Below, piece by piece: positions 17,836-27,089 of a DNA stretch of 64,000 nt (position 1 is its first letter; each line of letters opens with the position of its first letter). The notes beneath the pieces are model-generated. The model made no database searches. It was not told the DNA's origin and worked only from the letters and a program-made list of their open reading frames with translations. The position numbers and the translations under genes are program-made. The DNA comes from Actinomycetes bacterium (GTDB lineage Bacteria > Auribacterota > JAJCYG01): positions 11,458 to 75,457 of the forward strand of contig JAJCYG010000065.1 in assembly GCA_029263055.1 (NCBI GenBank), written 5' to 3'.

Positions 17836-18762
17836 ATGGCTAAACAAGTATTTGATTCAATCCAAGATGAAGTGAAAGAGCTTAAGAAAGAGCGCAATGC
17901 ATTGATTGTGGCGCACAACTATCAGTTGCCAGAGGTTCAAGATGTGGCTGACTTTGTTGGAGATTCGCTTAATCTAGCTCGCTTTGCACAAAAGACAGAG
18001 GCAGAAGTGCTCGTGTTTTGTGGGGTTCACTTTATGGCTGAAACAGCCTCAATTTTATGCCCAGATAAAACAGTGTTGTTGCCTGATTTGGCTGCAGGTT
18101 GTTCGTTGGCAGCTATGGCTGCGCCTAAGCAAGTGATGAAGTGGCGCGAAGAGCATCCAGAGGGTGTGGTGGTTGCTTATGTTAATACTTCTGCTGAAGT
18201 CAAAGCTGTGAGTGACTATTGCTGTACCTCTTCAAATGCCGAACAAGTGGTCCGTGCCATTCCTGAAGATAAAGAGATTCTTTTTCTCCCTGATTTTTTT
18301 CTAGGTAATTTTGTGAAGCAAAAGACCGGACGCAATATTCATCTTTGGAAAGGGTTTTGCGGTACTCATGCCATTATTAGTAGTGAACATATTGATCAAT
18401 TAAAAGTAGAGAATCCAAAAGCAGAATTTATCATGCATCCTGAATGTGGGTGTTCCACCAAGTCGATGCCTTATGCGGATAAAATTTTATCAACTGAGGG
18501 AATGACTAATTACGTTCACGAATCAAAATCTGAAGAGTTTATTGTTGCTACTGAAACAGGGATTTTACACCGCATGCAAAAACAAAATCCTGAGAAAAAA
18601 TTTATTGCGGCAAGCGATGAAGCTGTGTGCGGCTACATGAAGCAAATCACCTTAGAAAAAGTTGTGACTGCTCTCGAACGATTAGAACATCGAATCCAAG
18701 TTCCAGATGAGATCGCCAAAAAAGCCAAACGCGCCATTGACCGCATGATGGAAATTACCTAG
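17836..18762 (+). CDS. nadA: Quinolinate synthase A
   Basis: The ~308 aa length, the VFCGVHFMAET motif and the CGC...HPEC cysteine ligand pattern are typical of NadA. Confidence 0.8.
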   Translation: MAKQVFDSIQDEVKELKKERNALIVAHNYQLPEVQDVADFVGDSLNLARFAQKTEAEVLVFCGVHFMAETASILCPDKTVLLPDLAAGCSLAAMAAPKQVMKWREEHPEGVVVAYVNTSAEVKAVSDYCCTSSNAEQVVRAIPEDKEILFLPDFFLGNFVKQKTGRNIHLWKGFCGTHAIISSEHIDQLKVENPKAEFIMHPECGCSTKSMPYADKILSTEGMTNYVHESKSEEFIVATETGILHRMQKQNPEKKFIAASDEAVCGYMKQITLEKVVTALERLEHRIQVPDEIAKKAKRAIDRMMEIT

Positions 18763-18774
18763 TCAGCAATACTC

Positions 18775-19004
18775 CGTGTTAAAGTGTGCCTCAAAGGGCC
18801 GTTCCATAAGTGACTTGCCGCCCGGCAACTCACTTACTCCACTCATATTCGCAGACACACCCAGATAAAATTGTCTTCTTAGGCAGGGTCTCCCTCCGGC
18901 TCCGCTAACGCTACGCCTACACGAGCCCCTGTCGGAAGCCAACTTTATCCGGGCCCCTGTCTACTCAGATGCCCTTTGATGCACACTTTAACACTGCGTT
19001 TGTT
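18775..19004. repeat. GC-rich ~230-bp structured element (copy L). It is closed by a 24-bp terminal stem (18775-18798 pairs with 18981-19004) and is ~85% identical to the reverse complement of copy R.
   Basis: The terminal stem GTGTTAAAGTGTGCCTCAAAGGGC pairs with GCCCTTTGATGCACACTTTAACAC. The internal sequence aligns to the reverse complement of 19845-20030. Confidence 0.75.
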
Positions 19005-19014
19005 GGTGTTTATT

Positions 19015-19716
19015 TTAAGGGTGGGGTGAAAGAATGACTTCCTTAGTTTTTTTGCTGATTCCGGACGTATCTTCTATTTTATTATAGATAATAGCGAAAA
19101 TATTTTTGCAGTGATCAGTGATTTCTTTTTTATTACACTTTGTTCTATTTAGTTTTATTTCTTCATTTCTTATTAATTCAGGTAGGTCTGGATCTTCTAC
19201 AAGTGTTTTATTATGAGTAATGCTTAAAAAATAATAATTTTTGTATCGAGTTGATATTCCATAAACTGGATCATTCCAATCAAATGTCCTTGATTCAAAT
19301 TGTAATGGTCTACTTGTTGTGATTCCTATTTTGTTTGTTATTTCAAAAAAAACGGGTTTTTCTTTTTCAAAATTTCCAACGTAAAAGAATGTTGGATCTT
19401 TGGGTGTGTAACCGCATTGTCTAAAGTTTTTCTCTAAATCTGAAGTTAACTCATCTCTAATGCTGTTTATTAAGTAAGCTGGATTGTCTATGTAGTGGAA
19501 TTTTTTATAATAGTCTTTATACCAGTCCTGTAGGTTTTGTTCGCTTAATGAGATACCAGCGAAACCTACTAGTGCGAAGTTATTGAAATTATATACTTTT
19601 ATTTGATTGTCTTGATATCTGCTTGGACAATCTTCAGGATGCTTTATATGGGTTAATCTTTTATCGCCTACGAAAACAATATGGTTTTGAATATAAGCTC
19701 CTAGAATTAAAGTCAT
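19015..19716 (-). CDS. Hypothetical protein (233 aa), AT-rich orphan ORF flanked by the inverted GC-rich elements
   Basis: It is a long ORF with a strong AT bias relative to its neighbours and belongs to no recognisable family. Its N-terminus MTLILGAYIQNHIVFVGDKRLT is faintly reminiscent of N-terminal-Thr (Ntn, HslV/proteasome-beta-like) hydrolases. Confidence 0.5.
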   Translation of the reverse strand: MTLILGAYIQNHIVFVGDKRLTHIKHPEDCPSRYQDNQIKVYNFNNFALVGFAGISLSEQNLQDWYKDYYKKFHYIDNPAYLINSIRDELTSDLEKNFRQCGYTPKDPTFFYVGNFEKEKPVFFEITNKIGITTSRPLQFESRTFDWNDPVYGISTRYKNYYFLSITHNKTLVEDPDLPELIRNEEIKLNRTKCNKKEITDHCKNIFAIIYNKIEDTSGISKKTKEVILSPHP

Positions 19717-19832
19717 TTGTTTCTCTTTATAAATAATTATACATGAGTAAAAGGCTCTTTATATAAAGGGTTTATAACAATGTTTTATAGTTGAATGGGG
19801 TGTGGTACAATTTGGGGCTTTAGCGGAGTTCG

Positions 19833-20045
19833 GGAGTCTTTGTGAAAAGGCACCGGAGCAGACAGGGGCCCAGGGAAAGTTGACTTCAGACAGGGGCTCG
19901 TGGAGGCGGAGCGTTAGCGAAGCCGGAAGGAGACCCTGCCTAAGAAGGCAACTTTTTCTGGGTGTGGCTGCGATGATGAGTGAGTCTACCGAGTTGCCGG
20001 GCGGCAAGTCGGTTAGGGAACGTCGTTTTCACAAAGACTCCTGAA
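19833..20045. repeat. GC-rich ~213-bp structured element (copy R), in inverted orientation relative to copy L. It is closed by a 15-17 bp perfect terminal stem (19833-19849 pairs with 20029-20045).
   Basis: GAGTCTTTGTGAAAA pairs with TTTTCACAAAGACTC. The internal sequence is ~85% identical to the reverse complement of copy L. Confidence 0.75.
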
Positions 20046-20064
20046 CGGAGCGTGGACAACTTAT

Positions 20065-21228
20065 ATGAGTAAAAAAATTATTTATTTAGATCATAATGCT
20101 ACGGCGCCTGTGCGGGCTGGGATTAAAGAGGCAGTGTTGCCTTATTTGAACTCGGCTTTTGGGAATCCTTCGTCTATTCATGCTTTGGGGCGTGAGGCAA
20201 AGCGAGATTTAGAGCGGGCGCGGGAGCAAGTGGCTGGTTTTATTGGGGCGCCTTTGACTAATGTTTTTTTTACCTCGGGTGGGACAGAGTCTAATAATTT
20301 AGCTATTTTGGGGGCTGCTCGGTTTGCAAAGAAAAAGGGGAAGGGCAATCACCTTATTACAACAGCAGTGGAACATGATGCTGTTTTGACTACGTGCAAA
20401 TATTTGGAGCAGAATGAAGATTTTGAGTTAACGGTTTTGCCTGTGGATCAGTATGGCATGATTACGGTTGATCAGGTTGTTGAAGCGCTCAAGGATAACA
20501 CGATTCTTGTGAGTGTGATGATGGCGAATAATGAAATTGGAACCTTTTTGCCCATTAAAGAGATTGGAACAATTCTTAGAGAAAAAGATATTTTATTTCA
20601 TACTGATGCGGTTCAAGCAATGAATACGTACGATGTGAATGTGTCGCAGCTTCCTGTTGATTTGCTCTCTTTGTCGGGGCATAAGATTGGGGCGTTAAAA
20701 GGGATTGGGGCATTGTATGTGCGGTCTCAAGTTCGATTGCATCCTTTGCAGCATGGGGGGGAGCAAGAGATGACACTGCGTTCAGGTACAGAGAATTTGA
20801 TCGGAGCGGTTAGTTTGGGCAAAGCGTGTGAGTTAACGGCTCAAGATAAAAAAGAAAAGCGCGATCAGCTTAAACAGTTGCGTGATTGTTTGTGGAAAGG
20901 GATTCAGAGTAGTATTGAAGATGTGTCTGTTAATGGAGCCCCTGAAGCGCGGTTGATCAATACGTTGAGTGTCAGTTTTAAAGGGGCTGAAGGAGAAGCG
21001 ATTCTTTTAGCTTTAGATATGGCTGGTGTGGCTGCTTCAAGTGGTTCGGCGTGTGCGTCAGGTTCTGTTGAGTCGTCTCATGTTTTAGAAGCGATTGGTT
21101 TGCCTGAAGACTTAGCTGAAAACACAGTCCGTTTTTCATTGGGTTATTCCACAACTCAGGAAGAGATTGATCATGTGTTAGAGATTCTTCCGCAACTGAT
21201 TTCTCGAATCCGACTTGCAAATGGGTAA
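20065..21228 (+). CDS. Cysteine desulfurase (NifS/IscS class V aminotransferase family)
   Basis: The PLP lysine region SLSGHKIGALKGIGALYV and the active-site Cys loop SSGSACASG are typical of the family. Confidence 0.9.
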   Translation: MSKKIIYLDHNATAPVRAGIKEAVLPYLNSAFGNPSSIHALGREAKRDLERAREQVAGFIGAPLTNVFFTSGGTESNNLAILGAARFAKKKGKGNHLITTAVEHDAVLTTCKYLEQNEDFELTVLPVDQYGMITVDQVVEALKDNTILVSVMMANNEIGTFLPIKEIGTILREKDILFHTDAVQAMNTYDVNVSQLPVDLLSLSGHKIGALKGIGALYVRSQVRLHPLQHGGEQEMTLRSGTENLIGAVSLGKACELTAQDKKEKRDQLKQLRDCLWKGIQSSIEDVSVNGAPEARLINTLSVSFKGAEGEAILLALDMAGVAASSGSACASGSVESSHVLEAIGLPEDLAENTVRFSLGYSTTQEEIDHVLEILPQLISRIRLANG

Positions 21229-24200
21229 GCCTGTTTTAAGGTTCTTTTTATTCTCTCTTTTGTTTCTCTCCATGGTTCTTTTAGGTGGGTGTAACGAACG
21301 GTTTAAAATTCAAGAAGTAAAGTGGTCAGGTACTGGAGAGTATCTCTCTGTTTTAGCGAATCAAAAAATTTACTTTCTTTCTGCAACCCCTCCTTATATT
21401 AAAGAGTCAATTGAAATAGATACGATTGAAAGCTCAACTCTTTCATGGTCTCCGATTGCTAATAAGGTTGTTTATTCTGTTAAGAACCCAAAAAATGTTT
21501 GGGACCTTGAACAGTTTGATTTAAATAATCAATCAAAACAAAAAATAACCAATGACTTAGCTAAAGATTTTTTACCTCGCTATTTAAACTCTGAAGAAAT
21601 TCTTTTTTATACGGACAGAACAGGGGATGTGTTGCCTTGGGTTTATATGATTTCTTCAGCTCAGTTTTCTCCACTTCAGGACAAAGCTCCAGAGTTATTA
21701 CCTTTGGGGCTTTCATCAGATGATCGTAATGAAATTAAAGTGAGTCCTTTTAAAAAAGGGAGTCTGATCTCAGGGATTTATAAAGATAAAAAGTGGAAGT
21801 GGAAAGAGCCAATATTAAAACTCCATTCGCCTAAGTGGGCGCCTGATAATAAACGCTGTTTGTTTATTGCTGAGAATGAAGATATTTTTAAAGGAGAGTT
21901 TCTCTATATTCTAGACTTTGAGAATAAAGAGGCGCTTTGGGTCCCTATTTTACCTGAGCATTATTTGGTTTTTTCTGATGTTTATTCTAAACAAGGGGAA
22001 TGGGAGACTGCGCTTGATTTTGATCAGCAGCTTATTAAAAAATATCCCAATCATCCGCAAGTCCATTTAGCTTATCAGAATCAAATTAATTATTATTTGC
22101 ATCAGAACGTGAATTTGTCTAAGGCTAAAGAGTTGTTGCTTGCTCTATCTGTTATTCCAACAGCAAATCAATCTGCTGAGCCACCTTATTTATGGTTAGG
22201 AGTGATTTATGCCATAGAAGGGGCTTTTGATCAAGCTCAAGAATCGTTTCAAATTGTTTTAAAAAATGAAGAAGACAAACAGATTGTGTCGCAGGTGAAC
22301 AACTTTTCTGTTTTGATCAAAGAAAAGTCTACGGAGGATCTCTCTTACTTCTTTAGAGGCTTTGTCTTTGCGTATGAAAAAAAGTATGACCAGGCAATAT
22401 CGTCTTATAAGTATTTACTCCAAAGTTTAGAAAAATCAGAAAGCCGTTTTATTGTTTTAGAGTTTTTAGCAGAAGCGCTTCTTGCTAACAATCAAACAAA
22501 ACAATCGATTCAAATATTAGACGAAGTTGTAGAGGAGTCGACAAACCTGGTTTTAAAAGAAAAAGCACGTCTTAAGATCGCTGAATCTCTTGAAAAAGAA
22601 AGAGAGACTGCTCTTGCTTTTAAAGCATACTTAAAAGTAAAACCCCCTTACCAAGAAGAAGCATTGCAGAAGCTCTTTTATATGCTTCGAGATGATGCTT
22701 ATGAATTCAAACAAGCGGTAACCATTGGAGATTTTTATTTAAAAAAATATCCTGGATCAAAAAAATGGAATGAGATCTATGCTGAGTTGAATCAAATTAG
22801 ACAATGGTTTTATGAAGGGGTCTCTAATGAAGAGATTGCTTCTTTTTATTTGGCTCAGAAGTATAAAGAAGCAAAGGAAAATCATCTGGCTGTTAAAGAG
22901 TATGAAAAAGCGTTAAAACAGACTGAGAATCGTTTGTTCAAACAAACTATTTATCAAAACTTAAGTGAGCTTCATTACGATTCTGAGAAGAAACCTGTTT
23001 TTACTTTAGCCGCTCTGTTTTCTTATTATGGTCTGTTTGATTCAGTTTCGTTTAATCCAGAAGAATGGGATGAGCGTTTGGTTGGATCCTTGCAAAAAGC
23101 GCTTCAGGAAAAGAAGACTTCTGATGTGATTGGTTTGTGCCAAGCTTATTTAAAGGAATATTCCAGAGGTGGCTTTGATCTTTTTGTTTATATGGCTTTA
23201 ACGTTGGCTTCATTTTCAGAAAAAGATTGGAAAAAGTCAGAGGAGAGTGTGGCGCATTACTTTGAAGAGAATAAAAAGAATCAATATGAGAGCGCGGATT
23301 CTTTTTTACTGCTTGTGGCTGCAATGAGTGCGGTTCAACAAGAAGAGTGGGATCGAGCTTTGTCTTATTACAATAAACCGTATAAAGAAGAGTATGCTGA
23401 GATTGCCCGGAGCCACTCTAATTGGATTCAACTTTTTCGTCTTTCTTCACCCAAAGAATTAAAACAATTTCTTTTGGCTGATCTAAAACTTCATTCAGAG
23501 TTTTCACTTTTGGAGGAAGATAAGAAAAGTTCGTTTGAAGTGATTGATTTGCTTGCTAAACAATCTGGAGAACTGCAGCCCTTGGCATTGTTAAAAAAGA
23601 TTGATTGGTTGGTGGAACGTGATTTGAGAGATGACAATGAAAAGAGAATTGAGTTATACCAATGGTTTAAACAGATTCGAGCTAATTATTCTCAAACAGA
23701 GTGGGATGCGCAGGCATGGTTGAAAATTGTGCAGTTTGAACGCGATGCTTCTTTCTTTTTAGTGGCAAAAAAGAGCTTAGAGAATTTTATTGAAACATTT
23801 AAGCAGCCTCAGTTACAAGACCAAGCCCGTTTTTATTTGGCTCAGCTTTATTTGAATCAGTTAGAGAGTGGTTCTGAGGCAGAAGCTTTGTTCAAACAAA
23901 ATCAGAGCTCTCCTGAAAATTCTGAGTGGAAGAGAAAAGCGATTTTAGAATTAGCTCAAATGGAGGGAGAAAATTCTGAAGCTTTGTACAAACAATTGGT
24001 TCAAGAGACTCCTTACAGTGAAGAAGCTGAAAAAGCTTTGATTGCTTTGGGGCTAATGGCTTTTGACGCGGGAGAGTTGAAAGAAGCAGAAGTCTATTTT
24101 AATGAATTGAAACGATTTGATTTGTCTGAAGATGACTTGGGGTTAGTGACGCAACGGCTGATTCTTTTAAAAGCAGGGAAAAAAGCAGTTAAGTTGTGGA

Positions 24201-24664
24201 AGCAAGTTCAAGTTGATTTGGACAATGACCGTTGGCATAAACTTGGAAAGAAATTTAAGAAGTTAGTCTCTTTGTCAGATGACTTGCCGTATCAAATTCT
24301 GATTTGTGATTTGTGGGTGGAGTCTATTCGTGATTCCAAGCAGTGGGGGCAATTTCCAAATGCGTTGGGCCAGCGGATCAAAAGCCCGATGAGTGAAGCT
24401 GATTGGGGGCGCGTTTTTGATTGGCATGACCAATATGTGGATGAGACTTCTTGGTTTTCATTTGTAGACCAAGCTTTGAGTTTAAAAGGGCTGCCCAAGC
24501 CAGTCCAAAATCGACTGATTTTGATGAAAGCCAAGGAGTGGATTAAGCAGGGGAAGGTGATTCAAGCTAAGCATCTCCTGTCAGGGCTTTTAAAGCGAAA
24601 AGAGCTGCATCCTGATATTTTAAAAACCTATTTTTCTACGTTGAAAAAACTCTCTGCTTCATAA
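21215..24664 (+). CDS. Large lipoprotein (1149 aa). It has an N-terminal TolB-like/beta-propeller-like region followed by extensive TPR-like repeats.
   Basis: It has a lipoprotein signal (LLGGCN). A WSP...VVYSV-type beta-strand repeat sits at the N-terminus. The remainder consists of many helical repeat units with aromatic and Ala positions. Confidence 0.4.
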   Translation: MQMGKPVLRFFLFSLLFLSMVLLGGCNERFKIQEVKWSGTGEYLSVLANQKIYFLSATPPYIKESIEIDTIESSTLSWSPIANKVVYSVKNPKNVWDLEQFDLNNQSKQKITNDLAKDFLPRYLNSEEILFYTDRTGDVLPWVYMISSAQFSPLQDKAPELLPLGLSSDDRNEIKVSPFKKGSLISGIYKDKKWKWKEPILKLHSPKWAPDNKRCLFIAENEDIFKGEFLYILDFENKEALWVPILPEHYLVFSDVYSKQGEWETALDFDQQLIKKYPNHPQVHLAYQNQINYYLHQNVNLSKAKELLLALSVIPTANQSAEPPYLWLGVIYAIEGAFDQAQESFQIVLKNEEDKQIVSQVNNFSVLIKEKSTEDLSYFFRGFVFAYEKKYDQAISSYKYLLQSLEKSESRFIVLEFLAEALLANNQTKQSIQILDEVVEESTNLVLKEKARLKIAESLEKERETALAFKAYLKVKPPYQEEALQKLFYMLRDDAYEFKQAVTIGDFYLKKYPGSKKWNEIYAELNQIRQWFYEGVSNEEIASFYLAQKYKEAKENHLAVKEYEKALKQTENRLFKQTIYQNLSELHYDSEKKPVFTLAALFSYYGLFDSVSFNPEEWDERLVGSLQKALQEKKTSDVIGLCQAYLKEYSRGGFDLFVYMALTLASFSEKDWKKSEESVAHYFEENKKNQYESADSFLLLVAAMSAVQQEEWDRALSYYNKPYKEEYAEIARSHSNWIQLFRLSSPKELKQFLLADLKLHSEFSLLEEDKKSSFEVIDLLAKQSGELQPLALLKKIDWLVERDLRDDNEKRIELYQWFKQIRANYSQTEWDAQAWLKIVQFERDASFFLVAKKSLENFIETFKQPQLQDQARFYLAQLYLNQLESGSEAEALFKQNQSSPENSEWKRKAILELAQMEGENSEALYKQLVQETPYSEEAEKALIALGLMAFDAGELKEAEVYFNELKRFDLSEDDLGLVTQRLILLKAGKKAVKLWKQVQVDLDNDRWHKLGKKFKKLVSLSDDLPYQILICDLWVESIRDSKQWGQFPNALGQRIKSPMSEADWGRVFDWHDQYVDETSWFSFVDQALSLKGLPKPVQNRLILMKAKEWIKQGKVIQAKHLLSGLLKRKELHPDILKTYFSTLKKLSAS

Positions 24665-24716
24665 TTCCGGTTTGGTTGTTGCTTCTCAAGACTCAAGTAT
24701 GTTAAAAATATAGGCT

Positions 24717-25484
24717 ATGTTTGCCATTTTCAGAGAGTTACGTCAATATCGTGAGTTGATCTGGAATTTGGTGGTTCGCAATTTGAAGATCCGTTACAAG
24801 GGGTCGTTCCTTGGTTTTTTTTGGACGCTGGTCAATCCCTTGTTCATGATGGCGATCTACCTTGTTTTTATCAAGCTGATGCGTTTTGAGATGAATCTAG
24901 CTGCCCTTTTAGTGGGGCTGATTCCATGGCAGTTCTTTGTCATGTGTCTGAGCGATTCAGTGGAGTCGATTACTGGGAATGCTAATCTGGTTAAAAAGAC
25001 TCCGTTTCCACGTTTTTTACTTCCACTCTCTATTGTGCTCGCTAACTTGGTGAATTTCTTACTTTCATTAGTGGTGTTGTTTCTCTTTTTGTTGATTTTG
25101 CAGTATCCGATCACGTTTTCCTTTCTCTGGTTGCCTCTGATTATTGGTATTCAATTCTTTCTCTGTTTGGGGCTCTCTCTTTTTGTGGCCTGCACACATG
25201 TCTATTTCAAAGACACACAACATATTTTATCGGTGGGTCTCTTAGCCTGGTTTTTCTTAACCCCGATTATTTATCCACTCAGTATTATTCCTGAAAACTA
25301 TTTGAAATGGTTTTTGTTTAATCCCATGGCATCAATCGTGGGGCTGTACCGACAAGCATTGTTGGGCATTTCCTCAGTCTCCATTCTTTCGTTAACACTC
25401 TGTTTATTAACAACAGTGGTGTTTTGTTTTGTTGGATTAAGCCTTTTTCGAAAATATGAACCTGATTTTGCGGATGAACTGTAA
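24717..25484 (+). CDS. ABC-2 type polysaccharide/O-antigen export permease (Wzm/TagG/KpsM-like)
   Basis: It has six predicted TM segments and the LKIRYKGSFLGFFW ABC-2 N-terminal motif. An ATPase gene follows directly. Confidence 0.7.
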   Translation: MFAIFRELRQYRELIWNLVVRNLKIRYKGSFLGFFWTLVNPLFMMAIYLVFIKLMRFEMNLAALLVGLIPWQFFVMCLSDSVESITGNANLVKKTPFPRFLLPLSIVLANLVNFLLSLVVLFLFLLILQYPITFSFLWLPLIIGIQFFLCLGLSLFVACTHVYFKDTQHILSVGLLAWFFLTPIIYPLSIIPENYLKWFLFNPMASIVGLYRQALLGISSVSILSLTLCLLTTVVFCFVGLSLFRKYEPDFADEL

Positions 25485-26695
25485 TGAATGCAATTGAAGT
25501 ACAAAATTTAACCAAGTCATTTAAAAAACGATCTCAAGGGGGTCATTCACTTAAGGGAATGGTTTTGGATTGGGTGCGTTCAAATAAAAAGAAGGAGGAC
25601 CATCTTTTTACCGCACTTAAAGACCTTTCATTTGATGTTCAGCAAGGGGAAGTGCTTGGTATCATTGGTTCCAATGGAGCAGGAAAAAGTACTCTACTCT
25701 CAATTTTAGCTCAAACCATGCGTCCGACAACCGGAACCGTTTCTGTGAAGGGGCGTGTCTCTTCTTTGTTAGAGTTGGGAGCTGGTTTTCATCCTGATCT
25801 AACTGGACGTGAAAATGTATTTTTAAATGGTTCGATTTTAGGCTTAACACGCAAACAGATTGAAGAACGTTATGAAAACATTGTTGAGTTTTCAGAGTTG
25901 CGTGAGTTTATGGACACCCCAGTGAAACATTATTCTTCAGGCATGTATGTGCGTCTTGGTTTTGCTGTGGCCGTTGAAGTCGATCCTGATGTGTTGTTGA
26001 TTGATGAAGTCTTAGCTGTAGGAGATGAAAAGTTTCGCAAACGGTGTTTGGCTAAGATTGAAGAGTTTCAACAAAAGAAAAAAACCATGTTAGTGGTGTC
26101 TCACGATTTAGAAGTGATTACAAAGATCAGTGATCGCGTTTTAGTCTTAGATCATGGCCAAGTCTTAAAAGTAGATGACCCGCAACGTGCTGTGGATGAA
26201 TATAAAAGTTTAGGTTTTGTGCGCGAAGGGGCTGTGGTTAAAAAAGAAGTGGGGACCAAGCAGATTGAGATTGAAACCGTCCGGTTTTTAGATGAAGCAG
26301 GCAATGAGACCGATCAAATCGAATCAGGGCATTCGCTTAAACTAGAAATTCAGTTTCGAGCCAATGAAGAGGTGCAAGACCCTGCATTTGGATTTGGGAT
26401 TTCAAGCATGGATGGAAAACTCTGTTTTGGAACCAATACCATTAATGAAGAGGTGAAGATTGATTCGGTTAAAGGGACTGGAGTGATTCAAATCCAAATT
26501 GAAAAATTGAATCTACTCCAAGGGAAATATTATTTCTCCTTTTCTTCTCATTCACGCGATCATAAAACCCAATACCATCGTTTAGACCATTATCATGAAC
26601 TTTTTGTTTCAAGTAAGCGAAAAGCTGAAGGAACAGTTCAATTAGAGTGTCAGTGGGATTTTCAACAAAAGGAGAAAAGTGTTGGAAACATTTGA
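25484..26695 (+). CDS. ABC transporter ATP-binding protein (Wzt/TagH-like) with C-terminal extension, possibly a glycan-binding domain
   Basis: The Walker A GSNGAGKST, the LSGGM-like signature and the Walker B LLIDEVLAVGD are present. A ~150 aa beta-rich C-terminal tail resembles that of Wzt. Confidence 0.85.
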   Translation: MNAIEVQNLTKSFKKRSQGGHSLKGMVLDWVRSNKKKEDHLFTALKDLSFDVQQGEVLGIIGSNGAGKSTLLSILAQTMRPTTGTVSVKGRVSSLLELGAGFHPDLTGRENVFLNGSILGLTRKQIEERYENIVEFSELREFMDTPVKHYSSGMYVRLGFAVAVEVDPDVLLIDEVLAVGDEKFRKRCLAKIEEFQQKKKTMLVVSHDLEVITKISDRVLVLDHGQVLKVDDPQRAVDEYKSLGFVREGAVVKKEVGTKQIEIETVRFLDEAGNETDQIESGHSLKLEIQFRANEEVQDPAFGFGISSMDGKLCFGTNTINEEVKIDSVKGTGVIQIQIEKLNLLQGKYYFSFSSHSRDHKTQYHRLDHYHELFVSSKRKAEGTVQLECQWDFQQKEKSVGNI

Positions 26696-27089
26696 AATTA
26701 AAACACCGGGTGTGGATGTTAAGAAGATCATGGATGATATCCAATCCAAAATTAAAGAGAAAAAAGAACAAGGCGTTTACAACCAATACAGCCTGGACCG
26801 CGTAACCCGGCTTGAAATTGAGAACATTAAGGGCGATGTCGAATACCTGCAATGGTTGATGAAGGTGATGAACCAGAGTTGGGACATTAATATTGGCGAC
26901 CCTCAGATTGTGAATAAAGGGGGATTGTTAGGCAAGCCTGAGATGTGGCTTAAAAAAATTATTTGGCATCTGCTTAAGTTTTATACTTACCGGATGTTTT
27001 CTCAGCAAAAAGAATTTAATTCTCAAACTGTGATGGCTTTAGGGTTGCTTTCAAAACGGATTGACCAGCTCGAAGAGAAAAGTAAATAA
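26679..27089 (+). CDS. Hypothetical protein (136 aa)
   Basis: The ORF overlaps the wzt end by 17 nt and has no family assignment. Confidence 0.3.
   Translation: MLETFEIKTPGVDVKKIMDDIQSKIKEKKEQGVYNQYSLDRVTRLEIENIKGDVEYLQWLMKVMNQSWDINIGDPQIVNKGGLLGKPEMWLKKIIWHLLKFYTYRMFSQQKEFNSQTVMALGLLSKRIDQLEEKSK

Noticed and set aside
19759-20044. ORFs 19759-20007 (minus strand) and 19802-20044 (plus strand) inside the right GC-rich element
   Set aside because: They are open reading frames created by the GC-rich repeat. The same sequence in the left copy is not open in the equivalent frame. Both were interpreted as non-coding structured DNA or RNA.
18775-20045. Identification of the paired GC-rich elements as a known ncRNA (SRP RNA next to ffh, 6S, RNase P or tmRNA)
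   Set aside because: A CCGGAAGGA stretch faintly recalls SRP RNA domain IV, but the surrounding conserved GGAAGCAGC helix-8 motif is absent. No tmRNA or RNase P consensus blocks are present. They remain unassigned.
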